IMG/VR virus record: IMGVR_UViG_3300027813_003089
Coordinates: 1 to 28,565 of that record
Length of the DNA stretch: 28,565 bases
Strand: one strand, 5' to 3'
Source of the DNA: a virus
Taxonomy: Duplodnaviria; Caudoviricetes
The position numbers and the translations under genes are program-made. The notes beneath the pieces are model-generated. The model saw only the letters and a program-made list of their open reading frames with translations. It was not told the DNA's origin and ran no database searches. This document shows positions 1 to 7,615 of this stretch, in pieces. The first letter of the stretch is position 1. Each line of letters begins with the position of its first letter.

Positions 1-1
1 T

Positions 2-376
2 ACAGATGTTAGCAATGTCCAAGGCTCACTTTCCCTCGGTAGCTTTGCAGGGATGGGTATCACTGCAGCCGGTGATTATAACCTAGACTCAGAAAACATC
101 GTTGTTGGCGCTGGCGTTAACGGCGTGGATCTTGGTGTTGCATCACTTGGTGGTGCATTAACATATGACGTAGATGCTGAAACAGCTGGTTACGAACTTG
201 TTGCTAATGCATTCGGTGCTGTAGGATATTTGAACGGTGATAGCGATGACGCATTACAAAATGTAGGCGCTGAATATGTTTACGGTTTTGGTGGCGCAGA
301 TATTACTGGCGGAGCATCTTATAACCTTAACTCAGAAGAGCTTTCTCCAACTATTAAACTAAGCTTTAACTTCTAA
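2..376 (+). CDS. Outer-membrane porin-like beta-barrel protein, C-terminal part (5'-truncated by window)
   Basis: Frame is open from base 2 (TDVSNVQGSLSLGSFAGM...). Gly/Asp/aromatic-rich alternating beta-strands; ends in the BAM-type C-terminal signal IKLSFNF; resembles Rhodobacteraceae porins. Confidence 0.75.
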   Translation, partial: TDVSNVQGSLSLGSFAGMGITAAGDYNLDSENIVVGAGVNGVDLGVASLGGALTYDVDAETAGYELVANAFGAVGYLNGDSDDALQNVGAEYVYGFGGADITGGASYNLNSEELSPTIKLSFNF

Positions 377-421
377 ACTAATCGCCTCTGGCGCAAGAAC
401 TGACATTACGTCGTTTAAATT

Positions 422-450
422 AAGGAGGAGCTTCGGTTCCTCCTTTTTTT
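422..450 (+). terminator. Intrinsic terminator with cUUCGg tetraloop
   Basis: AAGGAGGAGC-TTCG-GTTCCTCCTT followed by a T run; UUCG-capped stems are typical of T4-like terminators. Confidence 0.9.
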
Positions 451-458
451 TATAAATA
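451..458 (+). promoter_or_regulatory. T4-type late promoter
   Basis: Exact TATAAATA, intergenic, directly after the terminator and 30 nt before ATG 488; gene 33 is present in the window. Confidence 0.8.
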
Positions 459-487
459 GTATAAAACAACAATGGATTTATAAAATT

Positions 488-1039
488 ATGATAAAACTTT
501 TAACAACGATTATAATCACAACATTGCTTTTTAGTTATTCAGCTGCAGCTCAGAATGCAATTATTACTGAAAATACTACAGATAGTAACATAAATTCTAA
601 TTCAAATTCTACCACTACAGTGAAATCACCACCACCTTCTGCGATTTCACCATCTATTAATACATCTAATTCGGATTTGTGCACAGTTGGCGTGTCTGGT
701 GCGGTTCAAACACAAATCCTCGGTATTTCAGCTGGTAAAACTGTTCGGGATATGAACTGCGAGCAACTAAAAAATGCTAAGACGTTGTATGATATGGGAA
801 TGAAAGTTGCTGCAGTATCAACGATGTGCCAAGACAAACGTGTTTTTGACGCAATGATGCAAGCCGGAACACCTTGCCCGTACGATGGAATGATTGGATC
901 ACAAGCAAGAGCGATGTGGAAAGCAAATCAAAATGAAGTCCCAGGAAACGAAAATAAATCGGATATTAGTAATGACACAAAAAGTACTTTATGGGGCGCT
1001 GGCGGCGTTCTTAGTCTCCTACTCCTACTCCTACTCTGA
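488..1039 (+). CDS. Exported Cys-containing protein with C-terminal hydrophobic tail
   Basis: Sec signal (…SAAA/QN), Ser/Asn/Thr linker, SPPPSAISP motif, 4 Cys, C-terminal GAGGVLSLLLLLLL. Confidence 0.8.
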   Translation: MIKLLTTIIITTLLFSYSAAAQNAIITENTTDSNINSNSNSTTTVKSPPPSAISPSINTSNSDLCTVGVSGAVQTQILGISAGKTVRDMNCEQLKNAKTLYDMGMKVAAVSTMCQDKRVFDAMMQAGTPCPYDGMIGSQARAMWKANQNEVPGNENKSDISNDTKSTLWGAGGVLSLLLLLLL

Positions 1040-1853
1040 AACTGTACCGGAATACGGCGTAACAAATAACGCAGTTTCTGGACAAAGTTTAACTTGGGAT
1101 ATGCAAAACATCCTGCCTGTGCCTGGAGGTCTTTTAATTAATGGAGTTGTATATAAATATACCGTTGAAAAGGATCAAGCAGCTGGGTTTGAAGTAAGTG
1201 TTCAGAATGAAAACGCTTTAGGTGATGGATATATATTTAAAGAAACTGATGATTGGTCCAATTTACCGGGGAGCACAATTAGCAAATTAGTTCCGTTAGG
1301 TAATATACCGATGGAATATTTTGGCCAAGGTTCTATAGATGCAATTGGCGATGGTAATGTAAGTGATCCTGTTGTTAGATATTCTTATAGGTTAGACCCT
1401 TGTTATGTGCCGTTATCTGATCCTAGTTGCCCTGGATACGTAAACGCTCTTTATGATTGGCTGAAAGAAAACGGATTATTACCAGAAGATGCAAACGCAA
1501 ACGATCCTTATTACGACGAACTAGTTCAAGCTGCGTTAAACAAGGAAACTGACTTAGAAGAAGATGAAACGAAAACTGAAGAAGATGAAATAGTAGATGA
1601 AGAAATAGAATTGTTAAACGCTGGTGCTTCTATATCAGCTTTAGTAGATCCTGCAATTCAAAACAGTATTATGGTATCTTTATCAATGATTCCTAATTTT
1701 GAAAATTACTATGACGTGAAAATTACAGGTGGAGTATATGAAGAAACAATCACACTTCAAGATACCGAACTTCCAGATAATGCAGCGGGGATGAGAAACT
1801 TAGCTCAAGATTCTTTACATAAATCCATGGTTAGATTACAGTATGATAATTAA
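972..1853 (+). CDS. Exported acidic protein (beta-rich N-domain, CxxxxxxPxCPG motif); possible adhesin/tip subunit
   Basis: ATG 972 gives a signal-peptide-like N-terminus (MTQKVLYGALAAFLVSYSYSYS/E) and is preferred over track start 894. Contains DPCYVPLSDPSCPGY and a Glu/Asp-rich linker. Confidence 0.7.
   Translation: MTQKVLYGALAAFLVSYSYSYSETVPEYGVTNNAVSGQSLTWDMQNILPVPGGLLINGVVYKYTVEKDQAAGFEVSVQNENALGDGYIFKETDDWSNLPGSTISKLVPLGNIPMEYFGQGSIDAIGDGNVSDPVVRYSYRLDPCYVPLSDPSCPGYVNALYDWLKENGLLPEDANANDPYYDELVQAALNKETDLEEDETKTEEDEIVDEEIELLNAGASISALVDPAIQNSIMVSLSMIPNFENYYDVKITGGVYEETITLQDTELPDNAAGMRNLAQDSLHKSMVRLQYDN
1016..1033 (+). repeat. (CTCCTA)x3 tandem repeat in a dual-coding overlap
   Basis: Three hexamers read as Leu-Leu in the 488 frame and Ser-Tyr in the 972 frame. 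Confidence 0.85.
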
Positions 1854-1880
1854 TAAAAACTAATAACTGGAGAATTTTAC

Positions 1881-2384
1881 ATGTTAAAACAATTAAATAT
1901 ACTTGCTATAGCTACAATAACTTTTGGTGGCGTTGCAAGCGCTGAAAGCGTCCCTATCACTGGCACAGTTCAATCAAAATGCTCTATTTTTACTGACGTC
2001 CAAGGCGTGTATGGCAGTCCTACACCGTACGAATTAAGCACAGATAGAGTTGATGGAGGTGTTATGCCAGTCATCAGATATGATGTAGCAGCGCCTGACT
2101 ACTACAAAGCAGTTATATCATATCCAAATTCATTTTCGTCAAGCCCAGTTTTAGCAGATCAAGTCGCGTGGACTGGAGATGTTACTGTGTCTGAAGTCTC
2201 AGACGTTCTTATGGCTAATTACGAAACAGCTAAAATACAATATGATAACACGACCGAATTTGATCTGACTGTTGCTGGAACATCCTGGTTCGAAGTAGAG
2301 TCTAAGGCGCTATACGGATATAACAAAGCATTTCCAGCGGGTGATTATGCGTCTATCGCAGTTGCTGAGTGTATAGCAAAATAA
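1881..2384 (+). CDS. Exported fimbrial/pilin-like subunit
   Basis: GGAG RBS; signal peptide ending ASA; mature N-terminus VPITGTVQSKCSI and C-terminus AGDYASIAVAEC resemble donor-strand pilin ends; all-beta pattern; 2 Cys. Confidence 0.6.
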   Translation: MLKQLNILAIATITFGGVASAESVPITGTVQSKCSIFTDVQGVYGSPTPYELSTDRVDGGVMPVIRYDVAAPDYYKAVISYPNSFSSSPVLADQVAWTGDVTVSEVSDVLMANYETAKIQYDNTTEFDLTVAGTSWFEVESKALYGYNKAFPAGDYASIAVAECIAK

Positions 2385-2391
2385 TATTATT

Positions 2392-2769
2392 ATGAAATTT
2401 GTAACTTATTTTATGGCGTTTATATTATATGCATCTCATGTTCATGGGCATGAGATGACGCCAACATACTTTGAAATCAAACCTTCGTATATAGACAATG
2501 TTTATTCTACAAGTATGCAAATATTTAACAGGCGAGCTGATGTGAAATATTATGAGTTGCAAGCTTTTGACGAATATTGGAATAAAATTCCTTTCGCGTC
2601 GAATAGTAAAATACTAAGAATAGAGTATTTAAAGGAAAAGAAAGTTGAATTATATTTTAGGAAAAAAGAAAAAAACAAAGTATTTTATGTTTGCAGTGTT
2701 TCTAAAATATTAAAAGGTGCTGTGAAGTATACTGCTATTACTTCTAAAATTTGCTCTAAAATAAAGTGA
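2392..2769 (+). CDS. Exported Ig-fold protein, PapD-N/pilus-chaperone-like
   Basis: Signal peptide (…HVHG/HEMTP); pattern MQIFNRRADVKYYELQAFD similar to chaperone N-domains; C-terminal Cys pair; basic. Confidence 0.5.
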   Translation: MKFVTYFMAFILYASHVHGHEMTPTYFEIKPSYIDNVYSTSMQIFNRRADVKYYELQAFDEYWNKIPFASNSKILRIEYLKEKKVELYFRKKEKNKVFYVCSVSKILKGAVKYTAITSKICSKIK

Positions 2770-2778
2770 GATAAAAAA

Positions 2779-3174
2779 TTGAGGCTAACATACATTATTA
2801 TTACATACGTGCTATCATGCAATATATTATATGCTGATACCAATTCTTTGAATTTGTCGTTGCCAAATCTGCCAATGAATTATCAATCTGATAAATTCAG
2901 AGCTGGAGATTTAGATTGTTCAAACGCGATTGGCTCAGCAACTCAAATGGAATTTGGAGTTACTGGGTTAATAGATAATGGAAACGCGAGTGAGCGAAAA
3001 TCTGTTGGTGATGTTGGAGTTTACGCGAGAGTAGTAATTCCCCTTGGCAAGGTAGCAAAAACAAGAATAGATTGTAACAGGTTATACGAATTAGAGTTAA
3101 GAAAAAAACAATTAGAAGTAATGAAACTTGAGCAAGAAATTAATAATCTGAGAGAATTGCAGTTCGAAAATTAA
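2779..3174 (+). CDS. Exported protein with Cys-flanked amphipathic beta-strands and C-terminal coiled coil
   Basis: TTG start; signal peptide (…ILYA/DT); MEFGVTG and VGVYARVVIPLG strands between DC…DC; heptad tail. Confidence 0.7.
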   Translation: MRLTYIIITYVLSCNILYADTNSLNLSLPNLPMNYQSDKFRAGDLDCSNAIGSATQMEFGVTGLIDNGNASERKSVGDVGVYARVVIPLGKVAKTRIDCNRLYELELRKKQLEVMKLEQEINNLRELQFEN

Positions 3175-3189
3175 TAAGGAACGTGTGTT

Positions 3190-3534
3190 TTGGTTTGTAA
3201 TTATTTAATAGGATTAGCGCTATCTGCACATTTAAATACAACTAAAGACTTTAATGAAATACATCCACATGGAAAAATGGAATGCGGAAAATATGTTTCT
3301 GGTGTGTATTTAAATAGCTTTGAAAAAGCTAGCATATATGCGGGATTTAAACATGCGCTATATAGAGATTTAGATATAGAATATGGTATTGTAGACGGAT
3401 ATTACGGATTAGGAAAAAAAGGTATAGTTCCTTTTTTAAAATTCAATTACGAATATTACTTTGCAACTCCAACTCTTAATGAAGATAATGATATTACATT
3501 TGTAATTGGAATAGAATATTTTTTAGGGGACTAG
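3190..3534 (+). CDS. Small beta-barrel-like protein, PagP-like pattern
   Basis: SxH…NE…GxYxNS…SxYxG…GxVxGY pattern; ends FVIGIEYFLGD; AAGGA RBS before TTG; no clear signal peptide. Confidence 0.5.
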   Translation: MVCNYLIGLALSAHLNTTKDFNEIHPHGKMECGKYVSGVYLNSFEKASIYAGFKHALYRDLDIEYGIVDGYYGLGKKGIVPFLKFNYEYYFATPTLNEDNDITFVIGIEYFLGD

Positions 3535-3535
3535 C

Positions 3536-4231
3536 ATGGCAGAAGTTGAATTTGGCGGAATGACATTTAAAGGTGGCAAAATGTTTGCTATTCTTACTGC
3601 GTTGTCGACACTTGGTGGTGGCGCGTGGGCAGGATTTGAATTTTATTCTGATTATATGGATATGAAAGAAGTTGTTCAGAATATTGATATTGATGCGATT
3701 AGCTCTGCTAATGAACTGCAACTTCAAAAATTAGAAGATGCTATTGGTTATACTACTGTTATTAAAGACGATTTAAAAGCAGATATTAATAGACTTGAGA
3801 ACTTAATCGATACACTTGAAGATGATGTTATTACTGCAGAAAATGCCGTAAGAGAAGTTCGCAGCGACGTTCTTGCAAAATTAGATACATTCGAAGAACG
3901 TTTACGAATAACATTAAAAGATAATCAAGATACGATAGCTAATGTGCGGGATAAAATCAGTACAAATCTTGAGACTAGCGAAGCAAGAATTAAGGCAACA
4001 CAAAATAGTATTGGTGATACCCTTGAAAGCATTCGGAATGAAATGAACCAACTACAAAAGGATACTACAGCTAGTATCCGCGAAGTTGAAAGTACAGTAA
4101 GAGGATCAGAAAAAGATACTCGTGATTTTATGAAAACTATTGTTGCTGAAATAGAAGCCAAAATGAATAAATTAGATGATGATATCCGTGAGTTAATTCA
4201 AGAAGCATTTGATAATCCGTTATCAAAGTAG
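3536..4231 (+). CDS. Membrane-anchored long coiled-coil protein
   Basis: Single N-terminal hydrophobic segment (FAILTALSTLGGGAWAGF), then about 180 aa of heptad helix; ends DNPLSK. Confidence 0.8.
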   Translation: MAEVEFGGMTFKGGKMFAILTALSTLGGGAWAGFEFYSDYMDMKEVVQNIDIDAISSANELQLQKLEDAIGYTTVIKDDLKADINRLENLIDTLEDDVITAENAVREVRSDVLAKLDTFEERLRITLKDNQDTIANVRDKISTNLETSEARIKATQNSIGDTLESIRNEMNQLQKDTTASIREVESTVRGSEKDTRDFMKTIVAEIEAKMNKLDDDIRELIQEAFDNPLSK

Positions 4232-4242
4232 AAAGGAAACCC

Positions 4243-4962
4243 ATGTTAATACATTGCTCCAAAATGGCCGAAATGGCAGGAATAGCATACCTCGATAAAT
4301 CTCCAGGTAAGGCTAAATATAAAAAACTCGGATACCCCGGGCACTCTTTTATTGAAAACGATGGCGCTCAATGTCATGTTGTATGGAATGATGAAGAAAT
4401 TGTATTGTGCTTTAGAGGAACAGAGCCGAATGAATTTTCTGATATATTAGCAGATCTTAACGCTTGGCCTGATAAAGCTCAAGTAGGTGGAAGAGTTCAT
4501 AATGGATTTCAAAACGAATTAGAAAAAATTTGGGACAAAATAGTTGAATTAATTGAAATGGATAAAGATAAAGAACTATATATTACTGGGCACTCGTTAG
4601 GTGGGGCAATGGCAACAATTGCTGCTAGCCGTTTAAAAGATGAAGTAGAAGCTCTGTACACATATGGCTCTCCGAGAGTTGGAACGCGTAAGTTTGTAAA
4701 ATCTTTTTCTAATGTAGAACATTATCGACATGTAAATAACAACGATATAGTTACATCAATACCGCTAGCTCTTATGGGTTATGTACACCATTGCCCTCCT
4801 CGTTATATTAATTATCATGGTAACATTAGACCGTTTACACCAACTCAAAGATTAAAAGATAAGTGGCGTGGCCGATGGAGAGCTATAAAAAAAGGCATGC
4901 CTTTTGACGGTGCATACGACCACGGTATGAACCATTATTGTAAATATACAAAGGAAAATTAA
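4243..4962 (+). CDS. Lipase class 3 (alpha/beta hydrolase)
   Basis: CFRGTE, VHNGF, nucleophile elbow ITGHSLGG, YTYGSPRVG, NNNDIV, C-terminal DH; AAGGA RBS. Confidence 0.92.
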   Translation: MLIHCSKMAEMAGIAYLDKSPGKAKYKKLGYPGHSFIENDGAQCHVVWNDEEIVLCFRGTEPNEFSDILADLNAWPDKAQVGGRVHNGFQNELEKIWDKIVELIEMDKDKELYITGHSLGGAMATIAASRLKDEVEALYTYGSPRVGTRKFVKSFSNVEHYRHVNNNDIVTSIPLALMGYVHHCPPRYINYHGNIRPFTPTQRLKDKWRGRWRAIKKGMPFDGAYDHGMNHYCKYTKEN

Positions 4963-4963
4963 A

Positions 4964-5200
4964 ATGCCAATACCAGAAAAAATAACAATCACAGCTCAAG
5001 AACCTATTAAAGATTCTGATACTCCAGAAGGCACATTCGACCTTAGTTTAAGAGTTATGAATAACGAAGTTATAGGCTTTTCAATGAAAGTTGATGATTT
5101 TAAAATGAAATGGATTATAGTTGGCCTTGCAGCGGTTGGCGTTCTAGCGTGGGCTACAACAGTTTTTGGGCCTTCGATAGTTAATACATTTGGAGGATAA
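4964..5200 (+). CDS. Small membrane protein
   Basis: AAGGA RBS; one C-terminal hydrophobic helix WIIVGLAAVGVLAWATTVF. Confidence 0.7.
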   Translation: MPIPEKITITAQEPIKDSDTPEGTFDLSLRVMNNEVIGFSMKVDDFKMKWIIVGLAAVGVLAWATTVFGPSIVNTFGG

Positions 5201-5201
5201 A

Positions 5202-5543
5202 ATGGAAATGCTAACAAGAATATTCGGCGATACATTGTGGATCTATACTGCCATTGGCGGATCTATAATTGGCGCTGGATTTTTAGCGTGGTTTAGAAAC
5301 ACAAAAGCTGCGCTATGGTTAATGGGAAATTTTGACAGATTTATGGATTATTTAGTAGATCAGTTCGGCTGGGAATGGCTGCAAGACGATCCGGAAGCGT
5401 GGCGTAAACGTTACCCTAAGGTAACTAAAAAGATCGATACAATGGAAAATGAAATTAGTATCTTAAAAGTAAAGATTAAAAATCTAGAAAATGGTACTAA
5501 GACTAAGGTGATTCGCCAGAAAGATAATAAGAATGTTAAGTAA
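5202..5543 (+). CDS. Membrane protein with C-terminal coiled coil
   Basis: GGAGG RBS before ATG 5202; TM segment LWIYTAIGGSIIGAGFLAWF; short coiled-coil tail. Confidence 0.75.
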   Translation: MEMLTRIFGDTLWIYTAIGGSIIGAGFLAWFRNTKAALWLMGNFDRFMDYLVDQFGWEWLQDDPEAWRKRYPKVTKKIDTMENEISILKVKIKNLENGTKTKVIRQKDNKNVK

Positions 5544-5733
5544 ACAATGTAAGGCACATCTTGAAGAAGTGGGTGAGACTGGATTGCAACATGCATTATA
5601 TGCTGTTAAATCTGCAGTCAAGTTACAATTACTTGTACCAGCACTTTTGGTACACGCAGTAGCACCACGATTTTTTAAGCATACTGCTACAGACGTAATG
5701 TCTAACATCTTAAAAAGGAGAAAAAAGAAATGA
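5533..5733 (+). CDS. DUF6356-like small protein
   Basis: HLxxVGETxxQH…LLVHAVAPRFFxxTA matches my recollection of this family. Confidence 0.6.
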   Translation: MLSKQCKAHLEEVGETGLQHALYAVKSAVKLQLLVPALLVHAVAPRFFKHTATDVMSNILKRRKKK

Positions 5734-5888
5734 ATTGGATTAAAAACAGATTAAAAGAAAGAACAACTTGGGACGGTGGAGCGTTGGTAGTCCTTGGTCT
5801 ACTCGTGTTGTTTATGGCACCATTGGCTAAAATCGCAGCAGGTGTTGCAATTGCTTGGGGTGCATGGACTATTTGGAAGGCTGAATAA
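5730..5888 (+). CDS. 52-aa two-TM protein, holin-like (not in ORF track)
   Basis: AGGAG RBS and ATGA overlap with the upstream stop; MNWIKNRLKERTTWDGGALVVLGLLVLFMAPLAKIAAGVAIAWGAWTIWKAE. Confidence 0.7.
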   Translation: MNWIKNRLKERTTWDGGALVVLGLLVLFMAPLAKIAAGVAIAWGAWTIWKAE

Positions 5889-5889
5889 C

Positions 5890-5964
5890 ATGGCTAAATC
5901 GTGGGCAACCAAGAAAAAAGATAATCTCAAAGCGTCTACTAAATTTGGCTCAAAAGGTAAATAA
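5890..5964 (+). CDS. 24-aa basic peptide (not in ORF track)
   Basis: ATG 1 nt after the upstream stop; MAKSWATKKKDNLKASTKFGSKGK fills the gap. Confidence 0.4.
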   Translation: MAKSWATKKKDNLKASTKFGSKGK

Positions 5965-5980
5965 AATTGATAAGTATTTT

Positions 5981-6304
5981 ATGATAGACAGTTTATTTAA
6001 TTTACTGCTTAAGCGACATGTAGACAAGTTAGTAGATCAGCGTTTTGAGGAGAACATGATTGAAAGATACAGAGAACAACAGCAACAACAGCTCAGAGAG
6101 AGAATCGAAAGAGTTAGAGAAACCCTTAGTGATCAAACACCAGGGGTTTCGCGCTCAGAGCCACCGCCTGCACGACTACAACCCAGTAGTAATGTTTCGG
6201 CCGGGAGTACCAAACCCGAATTACAAGCCGAGACAAATCCGACATTAATAAAACAAAAACAGCTTGCTGATATGAAAGCAAAGCTATCTAAGAAAAAAAA
6301 GTAG
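5981..6304 (+). CDS. Hypothetical protein (helical N-half, disordered middle, basic tail)
   Basis: In-frame ATG 5981 preferred over TTG 5945. Confidence 0.6.
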   Translation: MIDSLFNLLLKRHVDKLVDQRFEENMIERYREQQQQQLRERIERVRETLSDQTPGVSRSEPPPARLQPSSNVSAGSTKPELQAETNPTLIKQKQLADMKAKLSKKKK

Positions 6305-6322
6305 AAATTTTAAATTAATCTA

Positions 6323-6351
6323 TTGACAAATTCAAAAAAACTGTATATAAT
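6323..6351 (+). promoter_or_regulatory. Consensus sigma70-type early promoter
   Basis: TTGACA-17 nt-TATAAT upstream of the heme oxygenase gene. Confidence 0.9.
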
Positions 6352-6378
6352 AATTGAATAAAGGCGGGGCATTAAACA

Positions 6379-6960
6379 ATGAATAATTTAAAAGAACTTA
6401 CCAAAGAAGCACATCGCAATGCTGAAAGAGCAGCATTTATGAACAGGATGATAAAAAAGAATATTACTCCAGAGCAATATTACGTATATCTCAAAAATCA
6501 ATTATATGTTTATACTAATTTAGAATACTACGCTGAAATGCAGGGTATTTTCGCTGGTGAAATGTCAAACCTTCAAAGAGTACTTCCGTTAACTGAGGAT
6601 GTCTTGCGTATAGAAACCGAAAATGACTTTAAACAAGCACCAATTTTTCAGGCGTCGAAAGATTATGTAACACACATTAGGGATATACACTCTAACAAAG
6701 ATAAACTTTTTGCTCACGTCTATGTAAGACATATGGGAGATTTATCGGGCGGGCAAATTATTAAAAAATTAGTTCCAGGACCAATTAGCTTTTATGAATT
6801 TGAAGGTAACACCGAAGACCTTAAAAACGTAATAAGAGAAAAATTGCACGATGGACTCGTTGACGAAGCTAAAGTTTGTTTCGCGATGGTTCAAAATTTC
6901 TTAGAAGAATTGGAAGAATATTTTAATGAAACAGACACCAAAACTGTGGCAAAAACTTAA
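6379..6960 (+). CDS. hemO: Heme oxygenase
   Basis: LKELTKEAH (proximal His) and signature HVYVRHMGDLSGGQ. Confidence 0.93.
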   Translation: MNNLKELTKEAHRNAERAAFMNRMIKKNITPEQYYVYLKNQLYVYTNLEYYAEMQGIFAGEMSNLQRVLPLTEDVLRIETENDFKQAPIFQASKDYVTHIRDIHSNKDKLFAHVYVRHMGDLSGGQIIKKLVPGPISFYEFEGNTEDLKNVIREKLHDGLVDEAKVCFAMVQNFLEELEEYFNETDTKTVAKT

Positions 6961-7615
6961 TGCAGTTTCTAAACATATAGAAACAAAGTTCGACGAAGCG
7001 CTTAATCGCTACGAAGAACCAAAAATGAATAATCTAAAATTTGAAAATTGGAACGACACGTTTTGGTCTTCAGAGTCTGTTAGCAAGTGCCATTTAAAAA
7101 CAATCATGCCTAAAGATAATAAGGGATTGTGGCTAATGCATGTTAATGTGTTTCCACGTGAAAGTGTAGAACTTCCAATTCTTGGATTTGATATCGTAGC
7201 CAGTACTGAAAATATTGCAGGCGCATTTATGGATTTTTCACCTTTGTTTGGATTTCCTCACCCGTATAGTGACTATATGGAACGCCGAATTGATAATTTG
7301 AAATGGAATAACACAATAGACTTGCCACTCTGGGCTCGAGAAATATTTTCAGGTGATGCGATTGCAGTTGGTAACATCGGCAATGGCGTAGAACTTGACC
7401 AATTCATTCAAGTAACAACTGATTTGATAGATTTTTATATTGAAAATTTAGAAGAAAACGCGTTTGTATCAAACCGTGACACTCTTCCACTGCTCAACAG
7501 ATATTGCCAAAATAAAAAAATGGATCCGCGATTGCACAGTTCAATCTTAGCTATGGGAGTATCTGAAGAAGATAAAAATCATTATGTAAACAATGTATTA
7601 TTTGAGGAAAAATAA
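6926..7615 (+). CDS. pcyX: Ferredoxin-dependent bilin reductase, PcyX-like
   Basis: LWLMHVNVFP…LPILGFDIVA…AFMDFSP, LPLWAREIFS, YCQN motifs; overlaps heme oxygenase. FDBR family is secure; subfamily is less so. Confidence 0.75.
   Translation: MKQTPKLWQKLNAVSKHIETKFDEALNRYEEPKMNNLKFENWNDTFWSSESVSKCHLKTIMPKDNKGLWLMHVNVFPRESVELPILGFDIVASTENIAGAFMDFSPLFGFPHPYSDYMERRIDNLKWNNTIDLPLWAREIFSGDAIAVGNIGNGVELDQFIQVTTDLIDFYIENLEENAFVSNRDTLPLLNRYCQNKKMDPRLHSSILAMGVSEEDKNHYVNNVLFEEK

Noticed and set aside
894-971. Track start for the 319-aa ORF (likewise 5190, 9486, 21238, 28052)
   Set aside because: Downstream starts give better RBS spacing, stop/start overlaps or sensible N-termini.
1152-1159. TATAAATA inside ORF 972
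   Set aside because: Intragenic, far from any start, and expected by chance in AT-rich DNA.
3536-4231. Chemoreceptor or spanin call for the coiled-coil protein
   Set aside because: No MCP signalling-hairpin motif and no clear lipoprotein o-spanin partner; a spanin-like role is not fully excluded.
6070-6105. CAA/CAG and AG short repeats
   Set aside because: They simply encode a poly-Gln and Arg/Glu helix.
6926-7615. Calling this a cyanophage PebS/PcyA locus
   Set aside because: Motifs look more PcyX-like, neighbours suggest an alphaproteobacterial host, and no photosynthesis genes are seen; phylogeny is needed to be certain.
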